Below, piece by piece: positions 48,101 through 56,693 of a stretch of DNA of 64,000 nucleotides. A model generated the notes under the pieces. That model was not told where the DNA came from. It ran no database searches and worked only from the letters and a program-made list of their open reading frames with translations. Source of the DNA: a virus (Duplodnaviria; Caudoviricetes); IMG/VR virus record IMGVR_UViG_2903352716_000007, positions 19,591 to 83,590 of that record. The stretch is one strand, 5' to 3'. The position numbers were made by a program, and so were the translations under genes. How positions within the stretch are numbered: position 1 is the stretch's first letter; each line of letters opens with the position of its first letter.

Positions 48101-48984
48101 TCAGGGCTACCTGGAAGCGCCGCATTCCAACGTCATCCCTGGCACCGCTAAACGAGCGTTTCTCTAACAAAAGTCAGTTGGCGAACATTTTTATTCAACT
48201 ACGTGACGAAAGGCTGGTGGCAAAGCTTCAGTCCATGAAGGACGGTAACGAAAAGCTGTCACAAAAACTGTACTCGCAATTCACTCGCCTTAGTGGTGTG
48301 CGGTCGCTGGAAGTGATCCGCGATATGGAAGAAACATCCTCATCTGAATTGATGAACCGGGTAAACAGCCATGACTCCCTGCTAACGTCACCGCTTGCTG
48401 ATTACCTGATGGCTGGTGTGCTGGTGGGTTCCTATCTGGAAAGTCGCATTTCTGCAGAAGATTTCCGTAGTGCTGAACTGGTTCGGCGTCACATTGACGG
48501 AATTAAATATAAATTACAGGAGATTAAGCACGGGGGGTATAAACAATTTGCGGCATCATGGGAGGATTATCTATCCCTGATGGCGGGAGAGAAAACGGCT
48601 GAGGAAATTGAGGCTGGAAAACAGGAGCAAGCCGCTAAACAGGTAGAAGCGACTGATTTCACGCAGGAACAGACGGATGAACAGGACTATGGCTACAGCA
48701 TCCAGCAGAATACGCAGGATCTGGAGGGCAAACGAGTCTGGCGCCGTCGCACCTTCAAACTCAGTTACCCGGCTGGTGGCGCTCATGTACTGATTGATAC
48801 GTCAGGCAGAGCCACCCTGAAGAAGAAGGCCGTGCGGGAGCTGCTTAAAGAGAAGTACGGCGCGACGTTCTGGAACTTTGAAGACGATCCGGTTGAAGGT
48901 AATGAGTTTACCCAGCCAGCCTGGATTGTCTCCAGCCGGTTCGACAGGGCTGATATTCAGGCCAGCATTCAGGCCATCATGTAA
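42142..48984 (+). CDS. darB: DarB antirestriction protein (N6-methyltransferase plus SF2 helicase)
   Basis: 2280 aa; EPSAGTG, VGNVPF; GTGLGKT, DEGH, TATP, QRNGRGAR. Confidence 0.92.
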   Translation: MANQLSEAINGASTLSELIAVILRARKVRSVARFGIEKESGVSIQRARRQANNDAMRLLNELPQNFNGNNLSDEQRAILAGYTGEGGLSDGGSQYEYYTPPFMAEGVWDLLADYGVTSGHVLEPSAGTGIFQETKPAGAIMTAAEISLVSGRINQLLHPEDSVNIGAFESLAVNVPDDTYDHAVGNVPFGESRTGYAELDPAYKNETNVGHYFILRTIDKVKPGGLIVLVVPNGMTDGGGTNKKLRDRVSRKAEFLGAHRMPSGTFAESGTSTVVDVWVLRKHTKALATIVNDATDKTLTGANVLWPVFIKGKWFLTPEGKRFVHGETERSSFNNILTVKKDGQLTNAAMKQALSRRFDSRIDWSMLTIEQDAYQGAVEGDKRLVGDIWHVFDGEKWIRDTTTNHTAIDPARFGAATFGDLQTKCRSLQGLLSLTASEIKAVLDVYPSLLTDRQKGVVSFALKQKASQRERVMRGGLIGLTINDAQDMIAQGYDAGSVLVDAARLTAEEVARSGSPNGLRLTGLSDSKAKAWLTFQANVTREGQLSDLLTGNMNDSELKTLDTANPEQVVSHLFSQIDLIPVTLEQFREVCTAKLPESDDALLAYLAGFPEIALDGYGNMLPMSRATSGNVRGKINHLAGLVNEYPDGPEKQNFVRQMELINTRRVAAPIDKIKVNLNARWLDRRLIKEFLAEQGYDAFRYTKDLEVEDGYLISEDDYDGKDGVFTGYQLRTVNGKGGVAEFKKANNSDGFLNQLENYLNGVKPRGPKASDYLARIASLEGSFNDWLKSHPDVDGVVNDYNDAFNNYIPFEHSSESLSLEGLSGKRIPLSYQNSEVRRLSEDGRGIMGFGTGLGKTTTALALEAFNYQHGRSKRTAIVVPKAVYHNWYHEARDFYSDEVFAQMLFVGIDEVMGEDGTVQKSQVRNENNEPMMDASGSPVMRNVIKDADSTTILERMNRIPASNFRSVIMTKEQYGMIPLREETIDENSAQALYNAIDMGRTDLLKGSHRAELAKNKIKDKAADTGTAKKQQVPYFEDMNFDNVIADEGHNYRNSLAAGRETAQLAYLPNPSVSQIARDMAVKSAYLMKKFNGRGVTLLTATPLVNSPLDAFNMLSHVVPVEEWKAMGILTPDDFVRVFGETANVVVQKISGEVVDKQGLVGFKNLDGLRGIFHRWTTLKTAKDVKESVKIPDLNEINVDVPLTTEQVEIYEELRQRAAKIGQKEVVEPNGDGTVSVTSNKNDDFIFSVIRDMDKLVIDPDLYRSSMTFIFPEDQREKVMAIAAGLPAAAGGVESDDDETDTGLVSTRASKVVETKVNTRGDAVELVVSVELEAAVLDAIAKAGIDMKTVTHPIPPKYAALIANLKAGMVNGKQIIFMDEKSQHGKLRRILSNALGLDESQIGIINATSVQQATGVKLKKVKCPVEPTEKADGSYKDGAWEKYYSELAKYEDYVSALNDMSLSGMEGIAADYNEGRTPIVICNKKAEVGINLHKGTTDIHHLTLPWTPASINQRNGRGARVGSSQDSVNVHYYCGKGSFDEFRLSTLKRKGDWISEIMTSDASTLKNGDMDENEDIQLLLAANQDERKARLEAQLSARREAERRKAEKDAEVALDVYLRSSIAANEDPADLERNLNALTEQVKVQEATVEDARTSVTQEESDYNEWAEKHGKRSADVYHGSSRRNARTMLKYQIEKLSELKGQAKTARNTLTRNKNASTMLKRSKGDLERGIAAGVIDIDPDVLLNPSSYMKTHDGRVIKSGGYYTIKTDTPQQVVVCITRLLPEKQAVEAEITYTSVYLYSDYRMGAKKELTVADLDTQLDVTPDTAEARRRAAEGLTPLRVASILTRAQFYDAVTEKVFRVSGDYWMANIDGKLELVYPVRGAIPDDIPPTSLVYPDSSDEGLKRDLFAYSRSGGSMYSARMFMSAVFGENYDAELEAYGEQGTVEDVLPVLNESVAKAEAEFNESLTGASDSDIRAQFNGNYEAIRATWKRRIPTSSLAPLNERFSNKSQLANIFIQLRDERLVAKLQSMKDGNEKLSQKLYSQFTRLSGVRSLEVIRDMEETSSSELMNRVNSHDSLLTSPLADYLMAGVLVGSYLESRISAEDFRSAELVRRHIDGIKYKLQEIKHGGYKQFAASWEDYLSLMAGEKTAEEIEAGKQEQAAKQVEATDFTQEQTDEQDYGYSIQQNTQDLEGKRVWRRRTFKLSYPAGGAHVLIDTSGRATLKKKAVRELLKEKYGATFWNFEDDPVEGNEFTQPAWIVSSRFDRADIQASIQAIM

Positions 48985-49022
48985 TTTTAACGGAGTGGCC
49001 TGGGCAACCGGGCCAAAAGGAA

Positions 49023-49460
49023 ATGACGACACTAATCGACACCATTAAGCCTACTGAAGAGTATGTAGAGTCAGTATTACAAGAGCACGCGCTGGCTGGG
49101 CGCAGTGAGGAAGAATTTATCGCAACATACCTGAAGGGGCTGGCAGAACGGCTGGAGGCCGACGCTCGCGCTTACAGGTCATTTGGTCCGTGGTGGCCTT
49201 CGCTGAAAGTGATGTTACTGGAAGCCGAACAAATGGACTTTGGGCAAATCGTTGATGGTGATGTGGCGGCGATCTACAGCATGAGCCGTCCAGCGCTTAC
49301 GCTGGTGGCAGCGCACCTATATGCTGACGAAATTGTAGAGTCTGGTAATATTTACAGTGCTGATCATTTACTCAGTGTCATGCCGTCGGCTGATGACACC
49401 GAGCCTTACCACTATGTCAGCTACGATGAGTCCATCGAAAAATACAAACTGTCCAGATAA
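49023..49460 (+). CDS. ulx: Ulx equivalent
   Basis: 145 aa directly after darB; MTTLIDTIKP start. Confidence 0.7.
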   Translation: MTTLIDTIKPTEEYVESVLQEHALAGRSEEEFIATYLKGLAERLEADARAYRSFGPWWPSLKVMLLEAEQMDFGQIVDGDVAAIYSMSRPALTLVAAHLYADEIVESGNIYSADHLLSVMPSADDTEPYHYVSYDESIEKYKLSR

Positions 49461-49469
49461 GGAGCGCAT

Positions 49470-49733
49470 ATGTCAAAAGACAGATCCCGTAGCGAATGCC
49501 GGTTTTACAACTCAGAACAGTTACAGGAGAGAGCCGAAGCAATGGGATGTTGCTTGCGATTTGCACGGGCGCAGGGTGTGTTTGAATTGACGATTGATGA
49601 TAAGCAGGATCAGAACTGGACATGGGTGATGCGTCCGGGCAGCAATGAGCGGGTGCGCCTGGTGCGTGAACTGACGCGTGATGAGTGGGATCAGGCGCTG
49701 GCTAATGCGCGGAAGGCACTACTTCTTTTTTAA
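49470..49733 (+). CDS. Lxc-like C1 corepressor candidate
   Basis: Position after ulx; C-terminus RDEWDQALANARKALLL resembles recalled P1 Lxc FEEWEQIIIDNALLL. Confidence 0.5.
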   Translation: MSKDRSRSECRFYNSEQLQERAEAMGCCLRFARAQGVFELTIDDKQDQNWTWVMRPGSNERVRLVRELTRDEWDQALANARKALLLF

Positions 49734-50238
49734 ATCTGAAGTTCTCTATTAGAGAAATACCTTGCATAAAATAAATTAAAGCCTTAGATTTTACTGGAGC
49801 AAAAGAAAAGCCCGGCAGAGCCGGGCTTCACATCCACCTGTAGGTTTACGCCGTCAAACTTAGGCCTACAGGGAACAACAGGACTATAAACACATGAAAA
49901 CCTATGCGCAACGCGATTTTGTAAACCACCCTCATTTCTCTGCAAAAAAAACTCACGATTCTTCCCTGGAAAAAACCCTGATCGTCTGGCTGGCGCTTCT
50001 GCTGTCAACTTTTGGTGGTGTCTGGATTTTAAGCCTTATTTATCAGTTCGCTCTGCGGTGACATAGCACACTTTTCCCTAAGCTAAAACCGATGGTAAAC
50101 GTCGGTTTTCCATTCTTTTCAGCGTTTACATTGCAAACAGCCATTAGCTTGGCTGTTGCTATTGTGTTTTTTTTGAAACGCGATGAGAATAAATGTAATT
50201 ATTCATTATCTCTTAGATAGGTTGATATTTTTCGAGAT

Positions 50239-50844
50239 GTGATACCTTATTTGCTTTATGGAACGGGTATGCGAGTTTCGTCAGAATGGCTTGAAGGATA
50301 CAAAAAGAAAAACCACACACGTCGCAGCGATAAGGCCAGGAAAGCCGATGATAGCTGGCTGGCGGTCGTTGTTAAGGTTTCAGTTCACGCAGCCGCACTC
50401 GCGGCATTGATAAAAAAAACCGACTTACTGGAAGGGAACCAGGAACACTACGATCAGGTTCGGGTGTTCGATTGCATGGAGCGGAAGCACCCCGATCTTT
50501 ACGTTCGTCTTCACTCCACCCCAAACGGGGGCCATCGCGGTAAAAAAAGCGCATCAATGATTCAGGCTGAAGGCCAGAAGAAAGGCTATCCGGATATGTC
50601 GCTTGATAAAGCCGCCGGTGTGTACCACGGAATGCGCGTAGAACTGAAGCACGGGAAGAGGAAGCCCACCAAAGAACAGATCGAATGGCTGAATGCGTTA
50701 ACCGACGAGGGTTACTACTGCGTTCTGGCATTTACCCCGGAAGAGGCGGTTGCTGCAATGGTTGCCTATTCGCAACTCAAGCCTGGCGAGTCCATGCCAG
50801 CCCATGCGAATGACAGCTACTGGAGGGTATCAACTGAAACATAA
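50239..50844 (+). CDS. VRR-NUC (PD-(D/E)xK) nuclease
   Basis: PNGG...AEGQKKGYPD...VELKHGKRKPTKEQIEWLNAL. Confidence 0.85.
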   Translation: MIPYLLYGTGMRVSSEWLEGYKKKNHTRRSDKARKADDSWLAVVVKVSVHAAALAALIKKTDLLEGNQEHYDQVRVFDCMERKHPDLYVRLHSTPNGGHRGKKSASMIQAEGQKKGYPDMSLDKAAGVYHGMRVELKHGKRKPTKEQIEWLNALTDEGYYCVLAFTPEEAVAAMVAYSQLKPGESMPAHANDSYWRVSTET

Positions 50845-50930
50845 CACCGAGGGAATGGGTTCAGTAGTTTTGCTGGTGGCTCGCTGCCATCAGTATTTAT
50901 TTCACAGCGCGGGTAGAGGAACGGGGTTAC

Positions 50931-51137
50931 ATGGATCTTAATGCAGTATACAACACACTCAGTAATAACCCCGAAATTACAGGTCAGCGGGAAGGTCGTG
51001 CCGAATTTCTCACGTATGAACCAAATGAAGCAGGGGGTGAAGGGGTGTTTGTACTGAATGATATGAATGGGGGGATGCAGCCGTTCGAGCCGTCCATTGA
51101 TGATCAGCTTAGTGATGATTGGGTGTGCCATGCGTAA
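50931..51137 (+). CDS. Tad2/DUF2829-like small protein
   Basis: C-terminal NGGMQPFEPSIDDQLSDDW resembles the family motif PW.PS..D.LA.DW. Confidence 0.5.
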   Translation: MDLNAVYNTLSNNPEITGQREGRAEFLTYEPNEAGGEGVFVLNDMNGGMQPFEPSIDDQLSDDWVCHA

Positions 51138-51423
51138 ACACTACTTCAATGTGTCGTTTGTCGGCGAGAAAGGGCAATTTCGGAGCGCGGTCATTGCATT
51201 GGACCATAATGCAATGACCATTCCCGATATTGAATCCGCCAGGCGGTCGCTGGAAATGGATGACAGTACAGGACTGATGTCTGTCAGCCATCTTGGTCGC
51301 ATGACTGAACAGGAATACTTTCAAGGTATTGATGCTACCCGCAACTGGAACAGATGGGGGATTGTTGCGTCGTGTATGCTGCCGTTTGTCATTCTGGCGC
51401 TGGTGGTCTGGCTGCAGCGTTAA
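51130..51423 (+). CDS. Hypothetical protein with C-terminal TM anchor
   Basis: Likely ATG 51130 (MRKHYF) overlapping the previous stop. Confidence 0.65.
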   Translation: MRKHYFNVSFVGEKGQFRSAVIALDHNAMTIPDIESARRSLEMDDSTGLMSVSHLGRMTEQEYFQGIDATRNWNRWGIVASCMLPFVILALVVWLQR

Positions 51424-51497
51424 ACAGTAGCCCTGGTGTTTAGGTGATTAGTCCTGTGTCATTCGTGCCACAGGACTTTTTTATGTGGCTAGAGTCG

Positions 51498-51974
51498 CTA
51501 CGGTGTGGCTTGGGCTTTAAGGCGTTCGTCTGCGAGAATGAGCAATTGATAAAGACTCAGGCCTTTGTTCATCGGGTCGTTCATCAGCCTCGATGCTTCA
51601 ATGGTAAGCCGGGTATGTTTCGTTTCGTCCTGGTATTCAGGGTGAGTGGACATAAATTTACTGATGTCCTTTTGCGCTGCTTGTTTCTTCAGCGTCATTT
51701 CTTTTTTTTGCCGCTCGTATTCGTTTTTGTCAGTTGTCCATCCTCGCTTATACATGCAATAGCTATAGATGTCTGTCATGCTTGCATTTGACAGCTTTGC
51801 ACACTCAGTTTTGTCAATTTTAAAATTTTGTTTCAACTCTTCCTGTGTGTCATACCTCGCGTTATACCGCTTCGTACAGCCGGTTAATGAAAGGCAGAGT
51901 GATACGGCGATCAGACAGCAAACAGGTCTGTTTATTTTTCCTGGTGTTGAAGTGCCCATTAAATGTATTCCCAA
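51498..51974 (-). CDS. Predicted lipoprotein
   Basis: Signal with lipobox LSLTGC; Cys pair; Lys-rich. Confidence 0.6.
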   Translation of the reverse strand: MGIHLMGTSTPGKINRPVCCLIAVSLCLSLTGCTKRYNARYDTQEELKQNFKIDKTECAKLSNASMTDIYSYCMYKRGWTTDKNEYERQKKEMTLKKQAAQKDISKFMSTHPEYQDETKHTRLTIEASRLMNDPMNKGLSLYQLLILADERLKAQATP

Positions 51975-51990
51975 TGATTGCGCTGTGATG

Positions 51991-52476
51991 TTAGGCGGCG
52001 TCTTGCATAGCCTTTAGCGTTTCTTTTGACGCACATGCGTCACGCATACCTGCCGCTGCTCGTTTATCACTTACTTTCGTTAACTCGATAGGTGCTTTTT
52101 TGCGAACTACGGAAATAAGCAACCGGACATGGATATTGTCCATTGATACAAATTCGTCTCGGTATTGCATCCGGGCAATAGTCTCTGCCGATTCACTGAC
52201 TGTTATTCCGTAGCTGTTTGCCCAATGGCAATTTTTTTTGCCCCAGGCCAACAGTGTCTCCCATTGTTCTTTGTCTTTTTTAGCTTCCTCCTTCGCCTGT
52301 TTTGCCGCCTCCGCGTTTACCTTAGCCTCGTATTTTGCGTGTTCCTCTCGCGCTTTTTGCATTCTGACGTACTCATCGCGTTCCTTCTGGCGCGCATCAG
52401 CCCCAAAATTCACGGAACTGCAGGCGGTCACGCCCACCAGCAATGAAGCAACCATTGCGAGTTTCAATAATTTCAT
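51991..52476 (-). CDS. Predicted lipoprotein
   Basis: MKLLKLAMVASLLVGVTAC lipobox; charged coiled coil. Confidence 0.75.
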   Translation of the reverse strand: MKLLKLAMVASLLVGVTACSSVNFGADARQKERDEYVRMQKAREEHAKYEAKVNAEAAKQAKEEAKKDKEQWETLLAWGKKNCHWANSYGITVSESAETIARMQYRDEFVSMDNIHVRLLISVVRKKAPIELTKVSDKRAAAGMRDACASKETLKAMQDAA

Positions 52477-52664
52477 TTTCTTACATTCCTTGTGTCCATA
52501 ATTTTTCCGTGGAATGTATCAGCAAACCCCTGGTGGGTGATGGGCGAAAAATGTGGCTGTACCACAGACCTTTTTTGTCCGGTATCAATAGACTATTAGG
52601 AAATTACAGATTATTATTTGCCGCGAAAGATAACGTAAAATCTAACAAGGATTCTTAGAATAAC

Positions 52665-53969
52665 ATGTCAAATGCTGCAGAAAATATCACCACGAAAACC
52701 CGCATCACTGATGAAGTAATCCACCTGTCTTTTGTCGGCGTATACAACCAGCTAGCTCTGACACTGCGGCGCATTGGCGGTGACGATCTCGACCGTCGGG
52801 CGCTGGAGTCCTGCATCAGCATAATTGAACAGCTACAGGGCGATATACACGCTCGCCTGGATGATGAAACCAGCGACTACAACGCCGTTATGGAACGCCT
52901 CGAAGGTGCGAATAGAAAGCTGCTGGAAATGAACATTTATAAGTCCAATGTGGAGGACAATGCTCAGGCTAAAGAGGATGAGCTGGAGGAGCTGCGCCAC
53001 CAGGCCAAAATGAAAACCCTTGAGTTAGAAGGGGCGCTCATTCAGTTAAAGGACCAGATAAATTCATCCGGGCAGGAGCTGGAGACGGCACAACTGGCGT
53101 ACAAGGCACTTAAAGCGGATTTTGACACCTATAGGCGGCTTAACCCCGAGTCTTTGCACCGCGAACGCGACGAACTGACGAAATCTGTCTCCAAATTGCG
53201 AGCTGAACGCAAAGACACAAATAAGCGTATGCAGTCCCTGCAGGGAAAACTCAACATAGCCGATAAGGAAGTGTCTGTAGCCCGGACGAAACTCATCGCC
53301 CAGCGTCAGGATCTGGATAAGCTGAACATCGTGCATGAACACCTGAAAAAGCGCGTGGATTTTCACGACGGTCGCGAGAGTGTGAAACTGTATACGGTAG
53401 TGTCTGATCAGGGGAGTGAGTTCAACCTGTTTATCTACAATTACCATTTCGGCCTGATGGCGCGTAACAGTCACATCAAGGGGCATGTCATTGAGCTGGC
53501 TGACTTCCATTTCCAGATCCGCACGTCCATGCTCACCGCAATGGATGTTATACCAGGCGTATGGGGTAATCCTATCTACGAACGTCTGAGCGTATTTGAA
53601 AAGGCATGGGATAGCGCCATAGACGAAGAGTTACATCAGCGGATCATGGTTCGTCTTGAAATGGACTTCCCGAAAATCCATAAGCGCGTCGTGGACGCTA
53701 TCGCTGCAGAAATCGGAGAGTTAACGCTTCCGGCAAAGGTGATCGCGCTTCTGAAGAATGCAGGGTTCCATAACGTTCAGTCTATTGCTGCGGTCCTGCC
53801 ATTTGAGCTGGTGGACATTAAAGGGATAGGGCAGCAAACAGCGGATGAGATAGTCAATGCAGTGAATAGCTGGGCGATCTGCTGGTCACGAGAAAACGGG
53901 GACATTGAAGTGTACAAGTCCAACCTGCTCAAAAGCACCAAATCCAGCAAGAGAAGTAAAAACAAATAA
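52665..53969 (+). CDS. Long coiled-coil protein with C-terminal RNAP alpha-CTD-like/HhH domain
   Basis: IGELTLPAKVIALLKNAGFHNVQSIAAVLPFELVDIKGIGQQTADEIVNAV. Confidence 0.7.
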   Translation: MSNAAENITTKTRITDEVIHLSFVGVYNQLALTLRRIGGDDLDRRALESCISIIEQLQGDIHARLDDETSDYNAVMERLEGANRKLLEMNIYKSNVEDNAQAKEDELEELRHQAKMKTLELEGALIQLKDQINSSGQELETAQLAYKALKADFDTYRRLNPESLHRERDELTKSVSKLRAERKDTNKRMQSLQGKLNIADKEVSVARTKLIAQRQDLDKLNIVHEHLKKRVDFHDGRESVKLYTVVSDQGSEFNLFIYNYHFGLMARNSHIKGHVIELADFHFQIRTSMLTAMDVIPGVWGNPIYERLSVFEKAWDSAIDEELHQRIMVRLEMDFPKIHKRVVDAIAAEIGELTLPAKVIALLKNAGFHNVQSIAAVLPFELVDIKGIGQQTADEIVNAVNSWAICWSRENGDIEVYKSNLLKSTKSSKRSKNK

Positions 53970-54492
53970 AAGCCTTAGAATATACTTGCTAAAAAATGGC
54001 GCAGTTCGTAAAGTATCTGCGCGTTATCTGAATTACCTTTGATCTTGGCTTTAACATTAATGGGCTGACCTTTTATCAGCCTTTTTTTTACCGCCAGTAC
54101 ATCATGTGGCGTTAACCTGCGGTTGTAGCGGAAGTTCCTTTGCTTCCGTCCCTTTGCATTGTGGGGATAGCACACCCGGCGTCAGGAAATGATGAGCCGT
54201 TTTTATTCATATCACAGGACAACCACTGGGGCGATAAGGTTTGGAAATCCGGGAGAGACGGATATTGCGGGATGCCGAAACACAGGCGCGGCGATATGGT
54301 GTTAGCGGGATTAATCCCGTGAGGACAGAACCCGCCCCGCAATGCTTTACCTGCGAAGACCAATAGAACACAAAACCATCAATCTGTATCCCACCAACAG
54401 TATATTCATACCTGGACTAATACTTTATCTGCCTATAGTGAATTTGAGCATCTGAATTTCCTTTCTTTTGACTCTATTCAGCCGGAGGCATT

Positions 54493-55599
54493 ATGAGCTT
54501 AGTGCGTATTGTATTCATCGCGACCCTTTCACTGATTTTAACCGGATGTGCAGCATCTAATTCATCTTTATCAACGGCAGAAGGAACCGAAACAGGAACA
54601 ACAGCGGCAAACAAGCTGGGGTACAGTAAGATAAAAGTGTTTTTTGCCACAGACCGGAATCTAACCGGGGATAAGAACCCCGCTGATATGTTCGGAGAAA
54701 AACGTTCAGATATTACATATGGTACATGTGAAGTGAGTATTCCACGTGACCACAAGATGGGCAAAATGGAGTCTCCACTCTGGCGGGTTATATTCAAAGA
54801 ATATCCGGCAAAGCATATTGTACTAATGAGCGCCGACATCACCTCCAAAGACAAATTCTTCGCAGATCTCGCAGCCCGTGTACATCAATCGAAAAAAAGC
54901 ACAGCATTGATATTTGTTCATGGATATAACGTCACTTTTGAGAATGCTGCGCGTAGAACTGCACAGATGACTTATGACCTGGGCTTTGATGGTGCGCCGA
55001 CTTTCTATAGCTGGCCTTCGCTTGGGAAAAGGGCAGCTTACACCATTGATGAAGATAATATTGAATGGGCTGAAGCCAATCTGAGAAATTTTCTTGATGA
55101 CTTTTTTACGCGGTCTGATGCTCAACATGTCTATTTAATCGCGCACAGCATGGGAAGCCGCGCTCTCACTCATGCTGTCGCCTCGTTACTCAGGGATAAG
55201 CCAGCATTAAGAAACCGACTTCAGGAAGTGATTCTTGCCGCACCGGATATTGATGCCCAGATATTCAAAAGAGATATAGCACCTGCGCTAGCTGCTACAG
55301 GGCGACCTGTGACGTTGTATGCTTCGTCTAATGATGCGGCTCTGGCTGCTTCACAAGAAATAAATGGGTATCCAAGAGCCGGTGATTCCGGAAAAGGTTT
55401 AGTTATTGTCCCGGGCATCGAGACAATTGATGCAACGTATGTCGATACTGATTTTATTCACCACTCATACTTTGGCGATTCGACGTCAATTCTGTCTGAT
55501 ATGTACTATCTAATTAAAAACGATGACAGAGCAAATGATCGCTTTGGTCTTCGCCCAATTGATGTACCTCCGGGGCGTTATTGGGAAATCAAACCATGA
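54493..55599 (+). CDS. Alpha/beta hydrolase lipoprotein (DUF900-like), moron
   Basis: LTGC lipobox; VFFATDR, FVHGYN, FYSWPS, AHSMG, AAPDID, SSNDAAL, HHSY. Confidence 0.85.
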   Translation: MSLVRIVFIATLSLILTGCAASNSSLSTAEGTETGTTAANKLGYSKIKVFFATDRNLTGDKNPADMFGEKRSDITYGTCEVSIPRDHKMGKMESPLWRVIFKEYPAKHIVLMSADITSKDKFFADLAARVHQSKKSTALIFVHGYNVTFENAARRTAQMTYDLGFDGAPTFYSWPSLGKRAAYTIDEDNIEWAEANLRNFLDDFFTRSDAQHVYLIAHSMGSRALTHAVASLLRDKPALRNRLQEVILAAPDIDAQIFKRDIAPALAATGRPVTLYASSNDAALAASQEINGYPRAGDSGKGLVIVPGIETIDATYVDTDFIHHSYFGDSTSILSDMYYLIKNDDRANDRFGLRPIDVPPGRYWEIKP

Positions 55600-55808
55600 C
55601 AGCCAACAGTGCAGACGTATATTTCTGAGCTGGGCCATTGAATGGCATAAACGAGGGGGATTGCTCATGCTTTCCATTTGGTGACAACTCCCCTTAACCC
55701 CAACTAACAGCCAAAACGCAGTAACAGCGCTCAAAATTTGAAGTCACGTGATTGGACGTGTTTTTTATTCCCTTAGAATTACAAGTATTCTTATAGGGAG
55801 GGAATGAA

Positions 55809-56219
55809 ATGTCTGATCGTATAACCAGTGTCGAAGTAGCTGCAGTTATGCTGAAATGTGGTCGTTACATGACGATCGCCGAGATAATGGCGACACTAAC
55901 CGAAACCTACCCTGAACTGGAGAACGGGCATACATCAGTCACTAACGTAGTGCGCACCTTCATGAAATCCCCATCCGCAAGCTGTTTCTCACTCCCAGGC
56001 GCATACCCGCGCATGTACTTACTGACGTCAGTCTCAGGCTATCTGTTTAAGGTCAGGGGGAACCGGCAGGTTTGCTACGATGATTTGCCATTCCATAGCG
56101 GAAGCAAAAAGGATCTGGAACTGGAGAATAAAAAAAGCCAGGAGGTTTCCCGTCTGGCTTTTGGTTTGTTCAACAGTATTTGTCGGCGTCGTATTGCGTC
56201 AGGAATTGCTATCGTCTGA
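55809..56219 (+). CDS. Winged-helix protein; candidate late-promoter activator
   Basis: YMTIAEIMATL...SVTNVVRTF helix-turn-helix pattern; operator-like site at 55770. Confidence 0.45.
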   Translation: MSDRITSVEVAAVMLKCGRYMTIAEIMATLTETYPELENGHTSVTNVVRTFMKSPSASCFSLPGAYPRMYLLTSVSGYLFKVRGNRQVCYDDLPFHSGSKKDLELENKKSQEVSRLAFGLFNSICRRRIASGIAIV

Positions 56220-56693
56220 TGGACGACTCAGCCTAACTGTCTTGCGTGGCTGGCGCCCACTCTCTACCTGAAGCGGCTTAGTGCCTGGAATGCTGGTATC
56301 CTCTTCGCTCTCAGTAGATTGTGTAGCTGCTAGCGGTTTATTAACAACGCTTCGCGCCGGTACGGGAGTTTCTGACGCTGCAGGGGCAACGCGATCGCCT
56401 TTCTTCGCTTGCTGGTGGTCAGTCACTGCAGCCACCCCCATCAATGACATAGCCATGCTGATAAACCGCTCGGCACGTTCACTTTCCGGTAATGCCATCA
56501 GATCCTGACGCTCCAGAAGCGCTACCAGCGCCCCCAGTCCCATCTTCTCCAGCGCATAACCATAACGCAGACAGTCCAGCATAAGCCGACGTTTGGCAGC
56601 ATTGCTTTGCAAGCTGCTGTACTCCGTCGCCAGCGCGTCAGTTAAGGGGCTGTACTCAGCCAGCCCGGTAATCTTGATGGTTTGTTTTGTCAT
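56199..56693 (-). CDS. parR: ParR/StbB-like centromere-binding adaptor
   Basis: Downstream of and coupled to the actin gene; KRRLMLDCLRYGYALEKM; flexible C-terminal tail. Confidence 0.65.
   Translation of the reverse strand: MTKQTIKITGLAEYSPLTDALATEYSSLQSNAAKRRLMLDCLRYGYALEKMGLGALVALLERQDLMALPESERAERFISMAMSLMGVAAVTDHQQAKKGDRVAPAASETPVPARSVVNKPLAATQSTESEEDTSIPGTKPLQVESGRQPRKTVRLSRPSDDSNS

Noticed and set aside
12567-49032. Many antisense or alternate-frame ORFs over capsid, sheath, sit, darA, ddrB, prt and darB
   Set aside because: Shadow ORFs expected from codon bias of the real genes; no starts or motifs
53975-54363. ORFs 53975..54175 and 54112..54363 (-)
   Set aside because: No convincing SD; a short stretch resembles a homing-endonuclease HTH, so possibly a remnant, but support is too weak
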